DNA from: a virus
Strand: one strand, 5' to 3'
IMG/VR virus record: IMGVR_UViG_3300009104_000002
Location: 64,001-128,000 of that record
Length of the DNA stretch: 64,000 nt
The notes under the pieces were generated by a model. It did not search any database. It saw only the letters and a program-made list of their open reading frames with translations, and had not been told where the DNA came from. Of the stretch, positions 7,738 through 16,060 are shown piece by piece. Numbering within the stretch: the stretch's first letter is position 1; each line of letters starts with the position of its first letter. The position numbers and the translations under genes are program-made.

Positions 7738-9987
7738 TTATTCCTTTATGTCGATTTGTTGTTCTTTATTTTCCCTTAGGGCATTTAAATATTCAATGGG
7801 GATTTCACATGTACCACCAGCACATGCAGAATCTTGTGCAAAGTCAATATTATCTTCTTCTTCACACATTGATGTCCAATCAATATCTTTATATTCCTGA
7901 GAAAGTTTTTCCCAAAGTTTTAAATTATATATGTCCTTTAGACAATATGTCATTATCCTGACATTTCCGTTAAAATGGCTATCGGCGAATTTGATGGCAG
8001 AAGTTGCCCAACTGCGCTTGATTGGAGTAACTTTATCAAGTGGCTCTCCTATTCCAAGCAAGCAATCGCTGGCCGCCCACAAATCACCAGAAAATGCAAA
8101 AAGCGCGGACTCTATTATTCCAGAAGCGAAAAAGGAACCGGCGCCATACTCCCTCAAGATGTCCGCAGGATATGGAACGGCACAAAACGGAGCTTGGGGA
8201 TAGTCTTTATCTCCAGAATTTGGAATTAAAGAAATTCCTGCAAAGTATTTCCTATTCTTATAAATGTAATCGGCTATCTCAGCCCACTCATTTTCTCGGA
8301 CGTGAATAGTATTAGAAACATTATGACTTAACCACGGCTGAGCACACAAATCTTTATTTGTTCCATAGCGAACCCAATTCTGCTGTGTTAATTTCACGCT
8401 TTCCAACAATCTTGATGCATCAATTTGATTCTTGGTCTTAGCGCCGACTGGCACCTCACAGAGAAAAGTAATAACTTCTGTTACTCCATTCGGATCCCAG
8501 ACGGACTTCTCAACTGCGCGCGGATTAAATTTTTTAAAGTGCTGAACTGGGTTTTCCTGTACGTTTGCCTGCACTCGGCGAAAGTATCTCTTAGCGTGGT
8601 GCGGGTGAATTCCCGAAGCGGTTCCAAGAATACAACTAGTTGAGCCGGCGGGTTTTACGCACGTCGTTCGCGCTGCCTGATTAATTCCAATCATAGAAGC
8701 AATTTCTTTATTAATATCCTTGACAATCTTTGCGCCAGCTCTTTGAACTTGCGGATTAAACAAGACTTCTGGGTTATCCATCATACCAGTGATTGAAACC
8801 CCAAGGAGTGATTCCCGTCTTGTAATCTTTTCGGTTGTTTCCCCCAGGTAGGGGAAATCCGTATATGCTGATTGAAGCGTGCCAATAATTGCTGCAGCGC
8901 GGCAAGCGCTGTGGAAACTTTCTGGAGTTTTTGCTTTCTTGCCATTGATTTCTGTCAAATTGCAAAATTGCCAACCGGACTTGCCAGTCTCAATATCTAC
9001 GGGATATAGACCAATCTCAACACAAGGATTAAAGCCCATCTCTGTACTGTCGGCCCATACAAATCCTGGCTCTCCGAACTCACGCACCCAGCCCATTAGT
9101 CGGTTGAATGTCTCTTTCGAGGTTTTGTCGCGAATGAGGAGAGCACTATTGTTTGAGCGGCCGCGCTGGGGGTTTTCCACGAACCAATTGCCAGTCTTGG
9201 CGGTAGCCATTTCTTTATCGTCCGGGGAAAAGAGGGCTATTGTTGCGGAGCGGCGGACTCCGCCGGAGATTACTGCATCGGCAGCGTGCATAATAATATC
9301 ATAAACATCAACAGGCTCAAGGCGTGTGCGGCTTGAGACTCCGAGCCTCTTTTCAAAAACTTCTCTAATTTTTTCAATGGACCTCTCTAGGCCCGCAGGG
9401 CCTGGAGCTTTTGATCCGGAACTGAGGGGGGATCCCGCAGGTCGAATTTTTGAATAATCAAAAACCACCCTAAAGCCGATATAATCATCAAAATCGGCAT
9501 TGCCTCCAAGATAACTCGTAACTAGCACACCAATTGCATCAGCCCACCCCTCAATCGTGTCGGGAACCACAAAAATCTTACTGATTTCCTCTTCTGGGCG
9601 TGCAGCAAGAGGAATGGATGCCACATGATGTTTCTGAACTGAAAAGCCCACCCCACAGCCGCACAGAAGAAGATACATAAGCTCTTGAAATGATCTCGTT
9701 CGATTAATATGGCCAAAGGCACAATTATAAACGCGTGCGTTATGCTTAAAAATTGGGCGGCCGCCAAACTGCAAAATTCTTTGCGATCCAAGGACCTCTT
9801 TCTTTTGTACCGCTAATTCTGCCTCTTCAATAAAAGATAAAATTTCCTCATTATCCTTAAATTTTTCCCTATGCATGTTGAATACACGAGTAACCTGTTC
9901 TTTCCAGGTTTCGCGCCTCTTGTTCTCTGGCAAATATTTAGCATATTTTGCTATCCTAGTATAATCTTGAAGTGCACTTAACGACAT
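7738..9987 (-). CDS. nrdJ: class II (adenosylcobalamin-dependent) ribonucleotide reductase, monomeric RTPR type
   Basis: VYNCAF, GGVRRSA, FNPCVEI, FCNLTEIN, TTCVKPAGSTS, C-terminal CAGGTC; no NrdB gene in the window. Confidence 0.88.
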   Translation of the reverse strand: MSLSALQDYTRIAKYAKYLPENKRRETWKEQVTRVFNMHREKFKDNEEILSFIEEAELAVQKKEVLGSQRILQFGGRPIFKHNARVYNCAFGHINRTRSFQELMYLLLCGCGVGFSVQKHHVASIPLAARPEEEISKIFVVPDTIEGWADAIGVLVTSYLGGNADFDDYIGFRVVFDYSKIRPAGSPLSSGSKAPGPAGLERSIEKIREVFEKRLGVSSRTRLEPVDVYDIIMHAADAVISGGVRRSATIALFSPDDKEMATAKTGNWFVENPQRGRSNNSALLIRDKTSKETFNRLMGWVREFGEPGFVWADSTEMGFNPCVEIGLYPVDIETGKSGWQFCNLTEINGKKAKTPESFHSACRAAAIIGTLQSAYTDFPYLGETTEKITRRESLLGVSITGMMDNPEVLFNPQVQRAGAKIVKDINKEIASMIGINQAARTTCVKPAGSTSCILGTASGIHPHHAKRYFRRVQANVQENPVQHFKKFNPRAVEKSVWDPNGVTEVITFLCEVPVGAKTKNQIDASRLLESVKLTQQNWVRYGTNKDLCAQPWLSHNVSNTIHVRENEWAEIADYIYKNRKYFAGISLIPNSGDKDYPQAPFCAVPYPADILREYGAGSFFASGIIESALFAFSGDLWAASDCLLGIGEPLDKVTPIKRSWATSAIKFADSHFNGNVRIMTYCLKDIYNLKLWEKLSQEYKDIDWTSMCEEEDNIDFAQDSACAGGTCEIPIEYLNALRENKEQQIDIKE

Positions 9988-11348
9988 TATTTTCTCCCCC
10001 CATCCTTTACTTTCTTATATAACGTTACTAATTTTTTCTCTTGTCTCTTCTTGGCTTCTTTTTTTACATCGCCGATGGTCTCCCCGGTAGATGTTTGAAC
10101 ATTAATTGTTACATTTCTGGTATCCATATAAATTGGATAAATTATACCATCAACACCATTCCTATTCTTAGCAACAAAAATACGTCCCGTGTTTGCCAAT
10201 TTATCTTCCGCCGTTCTGGATATTGAAAAAATAAAATCTGCAACAAAACATTTATTAAAAGCCTCCGATATTGATTCCATTGTAATAACTTCAGCATTTA
10301 ATCCAGAACGGTTCGTTTGAGATGCTGTCCAGACACAACAACCATGCGTCTGAGCAATTGCTCGAAGCTGTTCATAAATAGTCTCCAGCTCGTGTCTTTT
10401 CTCCCTTAATGTTGAAATTGGTCGTAATAAATCTCCGTAATCCACCAGAATCATATCGGGCTTGAATCCTCGGTTCACCAATTTTTCTAGATGATTCTTT
10501 AAGGTTTGGCAGCTAGCAGACTTGGTGGGATACTCTTTCACTATCAAGTTGCCCTCTATCATTTGAACTTTTTCATATATTTCTTCTTTAAATGCAGATA
10601 AATCATTGAGCGGAACATTTGTTATACAACTGTCAAAGCGTGACCCAACTACCGTTTCAGATAATTCTAGTGTATAATATACAACATTTTTTCCTGCCTT
10701 CATAGCTTGGGCGCCTATGTGAACGAGGGCCATACTTTTACCGGCGCCCGTTGGGGCAATGACCACCCCAAGTTCTCCCTGTCCCAAGCCCTGATGAGTT
10801 ATCGCATCTATTTCCGCCCAGCCGGTGGCGATTGGATTTCTAGCTTTAAAAATAAATCTCTGTTCAAAATCTTTTACATAATCGTGTCCGAAATTTGAAT
10901 CGGAACCAAGCTTGAGCGCCTCGTTTATAACCTGAGAAATCTCGTCAAAAGACGAGTTCTTTAATAGTTTTACAGATTTAAGCATTGCCTCTTTTAGCTT
11001 TTGTTTCCTACAAAAGTCTAAAGATGTTTCTATAATATATTCAGAATCTTCTATTGTAGTTTTAGATATTCTAGCAAAAAAATGCCTAATTTGTTGTTGG
11101 ACAGACTCATTTTCGTTGGTCAATTCCGTTCTCAATATAGAAGTCATAATTTTTTCTGTCGGATGGACAGAATATTTTTCTCTATATTCCTTAACTAGCT
11201 GGACAAAAACTTGAAGATATTTAAGCTCCAGAAAATTAATATTCAAAACCTCAAACATCTGATCTGCAAAGGGCCTATTGACCAAGATCAGATGACACAA
11301 GGTTTCCTGAAAGTCTTTGCCATATTGGCTAAAGTCTTCCTTAGGCAT
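9987..11348 (-). CDS. DnaB/gp41-like replicative helicase
   Basis: Walker A APTGAGKS, YYTLEL, Walker B ILVDYGD, WTASQTNR, KNRNG. Confidence 0.93.
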   Translation of the reverse strand: MPKEDFSQYGKDFQETLCHLILVNRPFADQMFEVLNINFLELKYLQVFVQLVKEYREKYSVHPTEKIMTSILRTELTNENESVQQQIRHFFARISKTTIEDSEYIIETSLDFCRKQKLKEAMLKSVKLLKNSSFDEISQVINEALKLGSDSNFGHDYVKDFEQRFIFKARNPIATGWAEIDAITHQGLGQGELGVVIAPTGAGKSMALVHIGAQAMKAGKNVVYYTLELSETVVGSRFDSCITNVPLNDLSAFKEEIYEKVQMIEGNLIVKEYPTKSASCQTLKNHLEKLVNRGFKPDMILVDYGDLLRPISTLREKRHELETIYEQLRAIAQTHGCCVWTASQTNRSGLNAEVITMESISEAFNKCFVADFIFSISRTAEDKLANTGRIFVAKNRNGVDGIIYPIYMDTRNVTINVQTSTGETIGDVKKEAKKRQEKKLVTLYKKVKDGGRK

Positions 11349-11368
11349 TTTTCCCCCTATCTATTCTT

Positions 11369-11397
11369 AATATAACATACGATGCCCGCGATGTCAA
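11369..11397 (-). promoter_or_regulatory. sigma70-type promoter for the helicase gene
   Basis: Minus strand TTGACA-17 nt (ending TGT)-TATATT, followed by SD GGGGGA and ATG. Confidence 0.65.
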
Positions 11398-12359
11398 GAC
11401 TTATTTGAAATTCTTTTGAATGTAGTAAACAAGTCTGACGTATCCCAATTTCCGAAACCGTCTTCCGCCATGCGCTTAATTACTTCCGTCTTGTTAAACT
11501 GTGGCTCAAAATTATCAAGAATGTATTTTATTCTGCTTTTATCATCGATTGACATTGTCGGCGAGTAAAGCTGCATAATTTTATAATTTTCCTTAATAAT
11601 ATCTTCTGCTTCACATATCGAAGAGAAGGCCTTTAGACCCGTATTATCATTTTCACAAAACTCAATAAGTTCTGGGATTGTTACTGATTCTTCGCCGGCA
11701 AAGAATGGTAATCTTTTTGAAATGGTACCCAGGCCGACGCCCCTGACCCCAGGGAGGTTGTCGGACTTATCTCCCGCCATAGCACGAGCTAAAGCAAAAT
11801 TCGTTGGGTGAATTTTAAACTCCTCCAGGATCCTCGGCTTGTTGATAAACTTCTTTTGTATGGGGCGATAAAGTACTGTTTCATCATCGCAAAGTTGAAA
11901 GAAGTCCTTGTCGCTCGAAACAATAATCTTTTCCCAGCCTGAATACTGCGGGGATTGAGCAACAAATGAGATGATGTCATCAGCCTCGACCCGATCAGCC
12001 ATCAATTGGATGACGGGCATGAAGTTAAGCATCTCCATTAAGCGATATTGTTGCCAAACCTTATTCTGCATCTCCTCATCTTTTGTCAACACTCGGACAT
12101 CGCGGTTGAGGCGAATAGGTTTTCGACCCTCCTTGTAGTTGGAGTTGACCTCTTTTCTGCGTAATGATCCGCCGGCGCCGTCCCAAGCGATGATAATCTC
12201 AGCCGGCTTCATTTCTCGACAAAGCTTTTGCAGGATTCCAAGAAATCCTTTATAGCCCCCGATTGGCTGGCCGTTCTTTGATAGACTCGGATTAACAATA
12301 TATGCTCGGAAATATGCGTTTAGAGCATCAACTATCAATAACCTCCTTGATTTAGTCAT
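11394..12359 (-). CDS. 5'-3' exonuclease/flap endonuclease (T4 RNase H / Pol I N-terminal domain-like)
   Basis: LLIVDALN, AWDG, YKEGR, EADDII, SSDKDFFQL, GDKSDNLPGVRGVG. Confidence 0.93.
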   Translation of the reverse strand: MTKSRRLLIVDALNAYFRAYIVNPSLSKNGQPIGGYKGFLGILQKLCREMKPAEIIIAWDGAGGSLRRKEVNSNYKEGRKPIRLNRDVRVLTKDEEMQNKVWQQYRLMEMLNFMPVIQLMADRVEADDIISFVAQSPQYSGWEKIIVSSDKDFFQLCDDETVLYRPIQKKFINKPRILEEFKIHPTNFALARAMAGDKSDNLPGVRGVGLGTISKRLPFFAGEESVTIPELIEFCENDNTGLKAFSSICEAEDIIKENYKIMQLYSPTMSIDDKSRIKYILDNFEPQFNKTEVIKRMAEDGFGNWDTSDLFTTFKRISNKS

Positions 12360-12987
12360 CGTCTGTGCTTTTTTCAGCGGCCCTGAACACCATTAAATTA
12401 TTATATTCTTCCATTATCTGCCCTTTTCTCTCATTTTCTGCTGTCATGTGCCAACTCCAAGCATATGTTTTTGTGATATCTTTTATTCTATGTTTTATTT
12501 TTTCAGCTTCTTTTTCAAATATTTGAATTTGATTTTCTGTCGGAGAACTTAATTCAAAGCCTAGATCCAACGCAATCTGTTGCAGTGCAAACAAATTGTC
12601 TTCCTGTGCTGCCTCCGACGCTTTTAAAAAGACCGATTTCCTATGCCTCTTTTCCTGCTTAGATAGATTAATTGACTTATCTGGATGAGTTACTGAAACC
12701 ACCTTTTTATATAATTCAGCCACTTCCTTGCTTATTTTCTTTTTATCTATTTTGAAAATTTCCTCGTTGTCTACTTGAGGTGCCTCCCCTTTCGTGGGGG
12801 GAGGCACCTCGGCGTCAGGAAACATAATTTTAAGAGTCTTATTCTCTTCTGAATATTTCAAAAACTCTTCTTGGAATTTTTGTGTTGCGTGATTTTGCAT
12901 GGTTTGGTGGTATTCCAAATCGGCATACAAAAATTTAAGCTCGAAAAGGAGCTTGTGATGCTTCATTTTTAAAATATCATCAGACAT
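12352..12987 (-). CDS. J-domain-containing (type III DnaJ-like) protein
   Basis: LYKKVVSVTHPDK...FLKASEA: HPD motif in a helical J-domain context. Confidence 0.7.
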   Translation of the reverse strand: MSDDILKMKHHKLLFELKFLYADLEYHQTMQNHATQKFQEEFLKYSEENKTLKIMFPDAEVPPPTKGEAPQVDNEEIFKIDKKKISKEVAELYKKVVSVTHPDKSINLSKQEKRHRKSVFLKASEAAQEDNLFALQQIALDLGFELSSPTENQIQIFEKEAEKIKHRIKDITKTYAWSWHMTAENERKGQIMEEYNNLMVFRAAEKSTDDD

Positions 12988-13007
12988 AATATAATATAGT
13001 TATGAAT

Positions 13008-14114
13008 CTACTCTTCGGATTCATAAAAATCTTCTGCTTTTCCCTCGCGTCTCTCGAATTTATAAATAATTTCCTCATCTATAATCTGATAAACACGTTG
13101 GCGAAATTTATCATCTTGCATTTTCTCGACCCACTTCGCTGACTGGAATTTCTCTGTTGAGCCATCCTCGAAAACCATAGTATACCAGGCCCCTGACTGG
13201 ATAATATTATCGGAGCCACTCACAGCATCGAAGAGTGACTCGTCGTCTTGGATAGCGACATCATTCCCGCCCCAAAGGATGCGGAAATTACATTGTCGCC
13301 CAGAGGTTCCGAAGCGAGACTTCTCTAATTTTACTTTGACCTCGGATCCAATTCGGAATCCATTATCGTCAAGTACGAAACTCTTCTTCGCTTTGCGGCC
13401 TGTGAGCCAGATTCGAAGAGAGTAGGCGTAACTCATAGCTTTCCCTCCTGGGGTCACATATGGGGTAGTCATCGCCTCAGAAGCAATTCTCGTAATATTT
13501 GTCTTCAACTGATTTAGGACCAACAGGGTCGCATCCGCATTTGCAATCTGAATTGTTAATTTTGACATTGCTCGTGCTAAAATTCGAGCCTTCATGGCCA
13601 TTTGGGACATTGGGTCAAAGCTTCCCTGCACCTCACTCTCGCAGGGAGTCAGCGCTAACGAATCCCAGATAAACAGCATTTTATTGCCGGAGTCCAAAAG
13701 CTCTTCGATGGTTTCCAAAACAAACTCAACAGAAGTGGCCTGGATATATAGAAGCCTATCTAAATCACAGCCGGCATTTGCCAAAAAGGATGGGTCGATT
13801 GCAGACTCCGAATCAAAATAAACCACCTCAATGCCCTTCTTTTGAGCATTTGCTGCAATTTGTGCAGCCATATAGGACTTTCCTGTGGCCTCAAGGCCCG
13901 CGATTTCGACAACTTTACTTACTGGAATTCCTGCATATTTTCCTCGACAGATAATTGAATCAAGCCAACGAGAGCCGGTGGGAATCCATTCCTTCACCTC
14001 AGTTGGATTTTCTTCCTTGAGGTCGAAGGCGACATTCATACCGGCCTTTTTGTTGACAAGTTTTCTCATTTCTTGCATCGTAAGTTTGCCCGATGATTTT
14101 GTTTTTCTTGCCAT
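13008..14114 (-). CDS. RecA/UvsX-like recombinase
   Basis: IPTGSRWLD, GLEATGKS, FDSESA, WDSLA, LNQL, TPGGKA. Confidence 0.95.
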   Translation of the reverse strand: MARKTKSSGKLTMQEMRKLVNKKAGMNVAFDLKEENPTEVKEWIPTGSRWLDSIICRGKYAGIPVSKVVEIAGLEATGKSYMAAQIAANAQKKGIEVVYFDSESAIDPSFLANAGCDLDRLLYIQATSVEFVLETIEELLDSGNKMLFIWDSLALTPCESEVQGSFDPMSQMAMKARILARAMSKLTIQIANADATLLVLNQLKTNITRIASEAMTTPYVTPGGKAMSYAYSLRIWLTGRKAKKSFVLDDNGFRIGSEVKVKLEKSRFGTSGRQCNFRILWGGNDVAIQDDESLFDAVSGSDNIIQSGAWYTMVFEDGSTEKFQSAKWVEKMQDDKFRQRVYQIIDEEIIYKFERREGKAEDFYESEE

Positions 14115-14118
14115 TTAT

Positions 14119-14301
14119 TTACCCCCGCATCCCATTTTCGAGGAGTTTGCGGCGCTCGGCCTGTTCCTTACGGCGCCGAACGTTTTCTTCATGCTTCTTC
14201 TGTTGCTTTGCAATCCTCATAGCCGTCGCTTTTAGTTTTCTCTTGGCACTTTTTCTGGCAAGTCGTGCGGCGCGTCGTTGTAAATATTCTTTTGTCATCA
14301 C
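14119..14301 (-). CDS. small highly basic protein (60 aa)
   Basis: Arg/Lys-rich helical sequence; SD AAGGAAG upstream; fills the gap between genes. Confidence 0.55.
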   Translation of the reverse strand: MMTKEYLQRRAARLARKSAKRKLKATAMRIAKQQKKHEENVRRRKEQAERRKLLENGMRG

Positions 14302-14312
14302 ACTTCCTTATT

Positions 14313-14359
14313 AAAAAGTGAGGCACCTGTACCCCGTGCCTCCCTGCGGGCAGGGGGTA
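14313..14359 (-). terminator. intrinsic terminator, copy 1 of a repeated element
   Basis: Minus strand CCGCAGG-GAGGCAC-ggggtacag-GTGCCTC-ACTTTTT. Confidence 0.65.
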
Positions 14360-14361
14360 TC

Positions 14362-14829
14362 CTATGTGGTGGTGTCTTCTTCTGGCGTGGTTGTTGTAGT
14401 GCCCACACCCACTAATTCAACTTCGAACTGCAGGGCTTTTCCCGCCAGTGGGTGATTTAAATCTACGGTCACCGTTTCGGTACCAACTTCGCTCACTCTT
14501 CCGAGCAAGTGCCTCCCGTCAGAAGTGGCCAGTGGCACTGGCATACCCTCTGTCAACTCCACTTCCGCCGGGAATGAGGTACGCGGGATTGAGGTCGAGG
14601 CCTCTGGATTAACCTCCCCATATGCCTCAGAAGAAGTGAGGTTAATTGTCTTTTTATCTCCCACTGCCATCCCTACGATAGCGTCAGAGAAGCCAGAAAT
14701 CATTTGGCCACTTCCAATTTCAAATTCAATCGGGGTACCGCGAGAATACGAGTTATCGAATTCGGTACCATCTGTTAATGTGCCGCGATAATGAACAGAA
14801 ACATTATCGCCAGTTGTAGCTGTAGTCAT
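14362..14829 (-). CDS. FKBP-type peptidyl-prolyl cis-trans isomerase (SlyD/SlpA-like, with insert-in-flap domain)
   Basis: GDNVSVHYRGTLTDGTEFDNS...PIEFEIGSGQMISGF...AYG...VDLNHPLAGKALQFEVEL. Confidence 0.93.
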   Translation of the reverse strand: MTTATTGDNVSVHYRGTLTDGTEFDNSYSRGTPIEFEIGSGQMISGFSDAIVGMAVGDKKTINLTSSEAYGEVNPEASTSIPRTSFPAEVELTEGMPVPLATSDGRHLLGRVSEVGTETVTVDLNHPLAGKALQFEVELVGVGTTTTTPEEDTTT

Positions 14830-14843
14830 GGTTTTTCCTTTTT

Positions 14844-14892
14844 AAAAATAAGTGAGACACCTATAAACCCGTGCCTCCCTGCGGTGGGGGGT
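14844..14892 (-). terminator. intrinsic terminator, copy 2 of a repeated element
   Basis: Minus strand CCGCAGG-GAGGCAC-gggtttatag-GTGTCTC-ACTTATTTTT. Confidence 0.65.
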
Positions 14893-14893
14893 G

Positions 14894-15667
14894 TTAGTTT
14901 CCTGTCAACTCATTAAACGCAGCCACTACATCAGATGTAGTAGACGGCACTGAAACGTCTGCCTGATCAATAGTATCCTCCGATCCAGATAAAGACTGAA
15001 TAAATCCGTCCAAAGCGGCTTGAACTTCCTCCTGTGTCTTCTTAGGAAAAAGGCTATCAATATTTGGGATGTTGTCCATCAGACGGGAACATTCCTCTTC
15101 TCCCCCTACGGCCTCGTCACAAAGTGGCGATGTGCGACGGCGGGGTGTCAAAGTAGTCTTTGGAAACTGGGCACCGGGTGGCTTACCATAAGTGAGAGTC
15201 AGATCGGTTCCGTCATCGATATCTGTAATATCTCCATACTCGGGGTTCAAAACCAAATTAAGGAGTGAGGTATATGCCTCTTTCCCATAGCCCCAGATAC
15301 GGATTCCTTCTGATTCCTCACCACGGACCATAACTGGCGAAAAGAAGCGTTGACGAGGGCTCAAGTCTTTTGCGAGCTTCATCGTATCAGGATCCTGATT
15401 GCTGTTAAATTCTTTCCAGAGCTGGTCCTTAAAATTACAGATTGGACAATCCTCTCCGTGATTTTTGTTTGGACAAAGCAAGCCGCCCCTCTGATCTGGG
15501 CCCAAATTATAATGAAACCAATAATCCTTGAAGGGGTCGCCATCTTCCGTTGGTACAATACGAATTGTTTGAGTACCATCCTTGGGGCGCCAAAACGACC
15601 CCCCAGCTTTTCCGTTGTTTTTTACGCTATCGAGCCGTGCTCGAATTTTTGCGATATCTAATGCCAT
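14894..15667 (-). CDS. gp32-like single-stranded DNA-binding protein
   Basis: FWRPKDG...IRIVP...WFHY...CPNKNHGEDCPIC...YGDITDIDDGTDL; acidic C-terminus. Confidence 0.8.
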   Translation of the reverse strand: MALDIAKIRARLDSVKNNGKAGGSFWRPKDGTQTIRIVPTEDGDPFKDYWFHYNLGPDQRGGLLCPNKNHGEDCPICNFKDQLWKEFNSNQDPDTMKLAKDLSPRQRFFSPVMVRGEESEGIRIWGYGKEAYTSLLNLVLNPEYGDITDIDDGTDLTLTYGKPPGAQFPKTTLTPRRRTSPLCDEAVGGEEECSRLMDNIPNIDSLFPKKTQEEVQAALDGFIQSLSGSEDTIDQADVSVPSTTSDVVAAFNELTGN

Positions 15668-15746
15668 GTTAATTTTCTCCTTTTATTATTGAAATTGTGC
15701 CATTGGCTAAAGTAAAGACGACAAATCTCTCGCCTTTCTATTATAT

Positions 15747-15780
15747 AATATAACATTTTTTTGAATGCTTGTCAAGCATT
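15747..15780 (-). promoter_or_regulatory. sigma70-type promoter for SSB, with a 17-bp palindrome over the -35 box
   Basis: TTGACA-17 nt (ending TGT)-TATATT; AATGCTTG-T-CAAGCATT at 15764-15780. Confidence 0.65.
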
Positions 15781-15790
15781 ATTTTCATTT

Positions 15791-16060
15791 TTATTCAAAA
15801 TCCTTGATAAGCTCAAAATGATTTAAGCCCTCAATGTCGAATGTCTTAATCTCTCCAACAATTGTTTTTCTATTAAAGACACGAAATCCTTGCTTATCTA
15901 AATCCCAAACAAGGTTGCTTCCTTCGGTAAGATTTGTTTTCTTACCGGTGCCCTTGGTCTGGGAAATAAAAAATCCTTCTGGGAGGTCTACCAACTCAAC
16001 GAATCTCATTGTCCTCAGGCTCCCGTCTTTCTTCTTAAAAATTCCTAAATTTGCTTTCAC
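15791..16060 (-). CDS. small SH3/Sm-like beta-barrel protein (WYL_2/DUF2693-like)
   Basis: FKKKDGSLRTM...VWDLDKQGFRVFN. Confidence 0.55.
   Translation of the reverse strand: MKANLGIFKKKDGSLRTMRFVELVDLPEGFFISQTKGTGKKTNLTEGSNLVWDLDKQGFRVFNRKTIVGEIKTFDIEGLNHFELIKDFE

Noticed and set aside
7738-11348. Inteins or group I introns in RNR or helicase
   Set aside because: Protein lengths are typical and I saw no intein splice-junction or homing-endonuclease motifs
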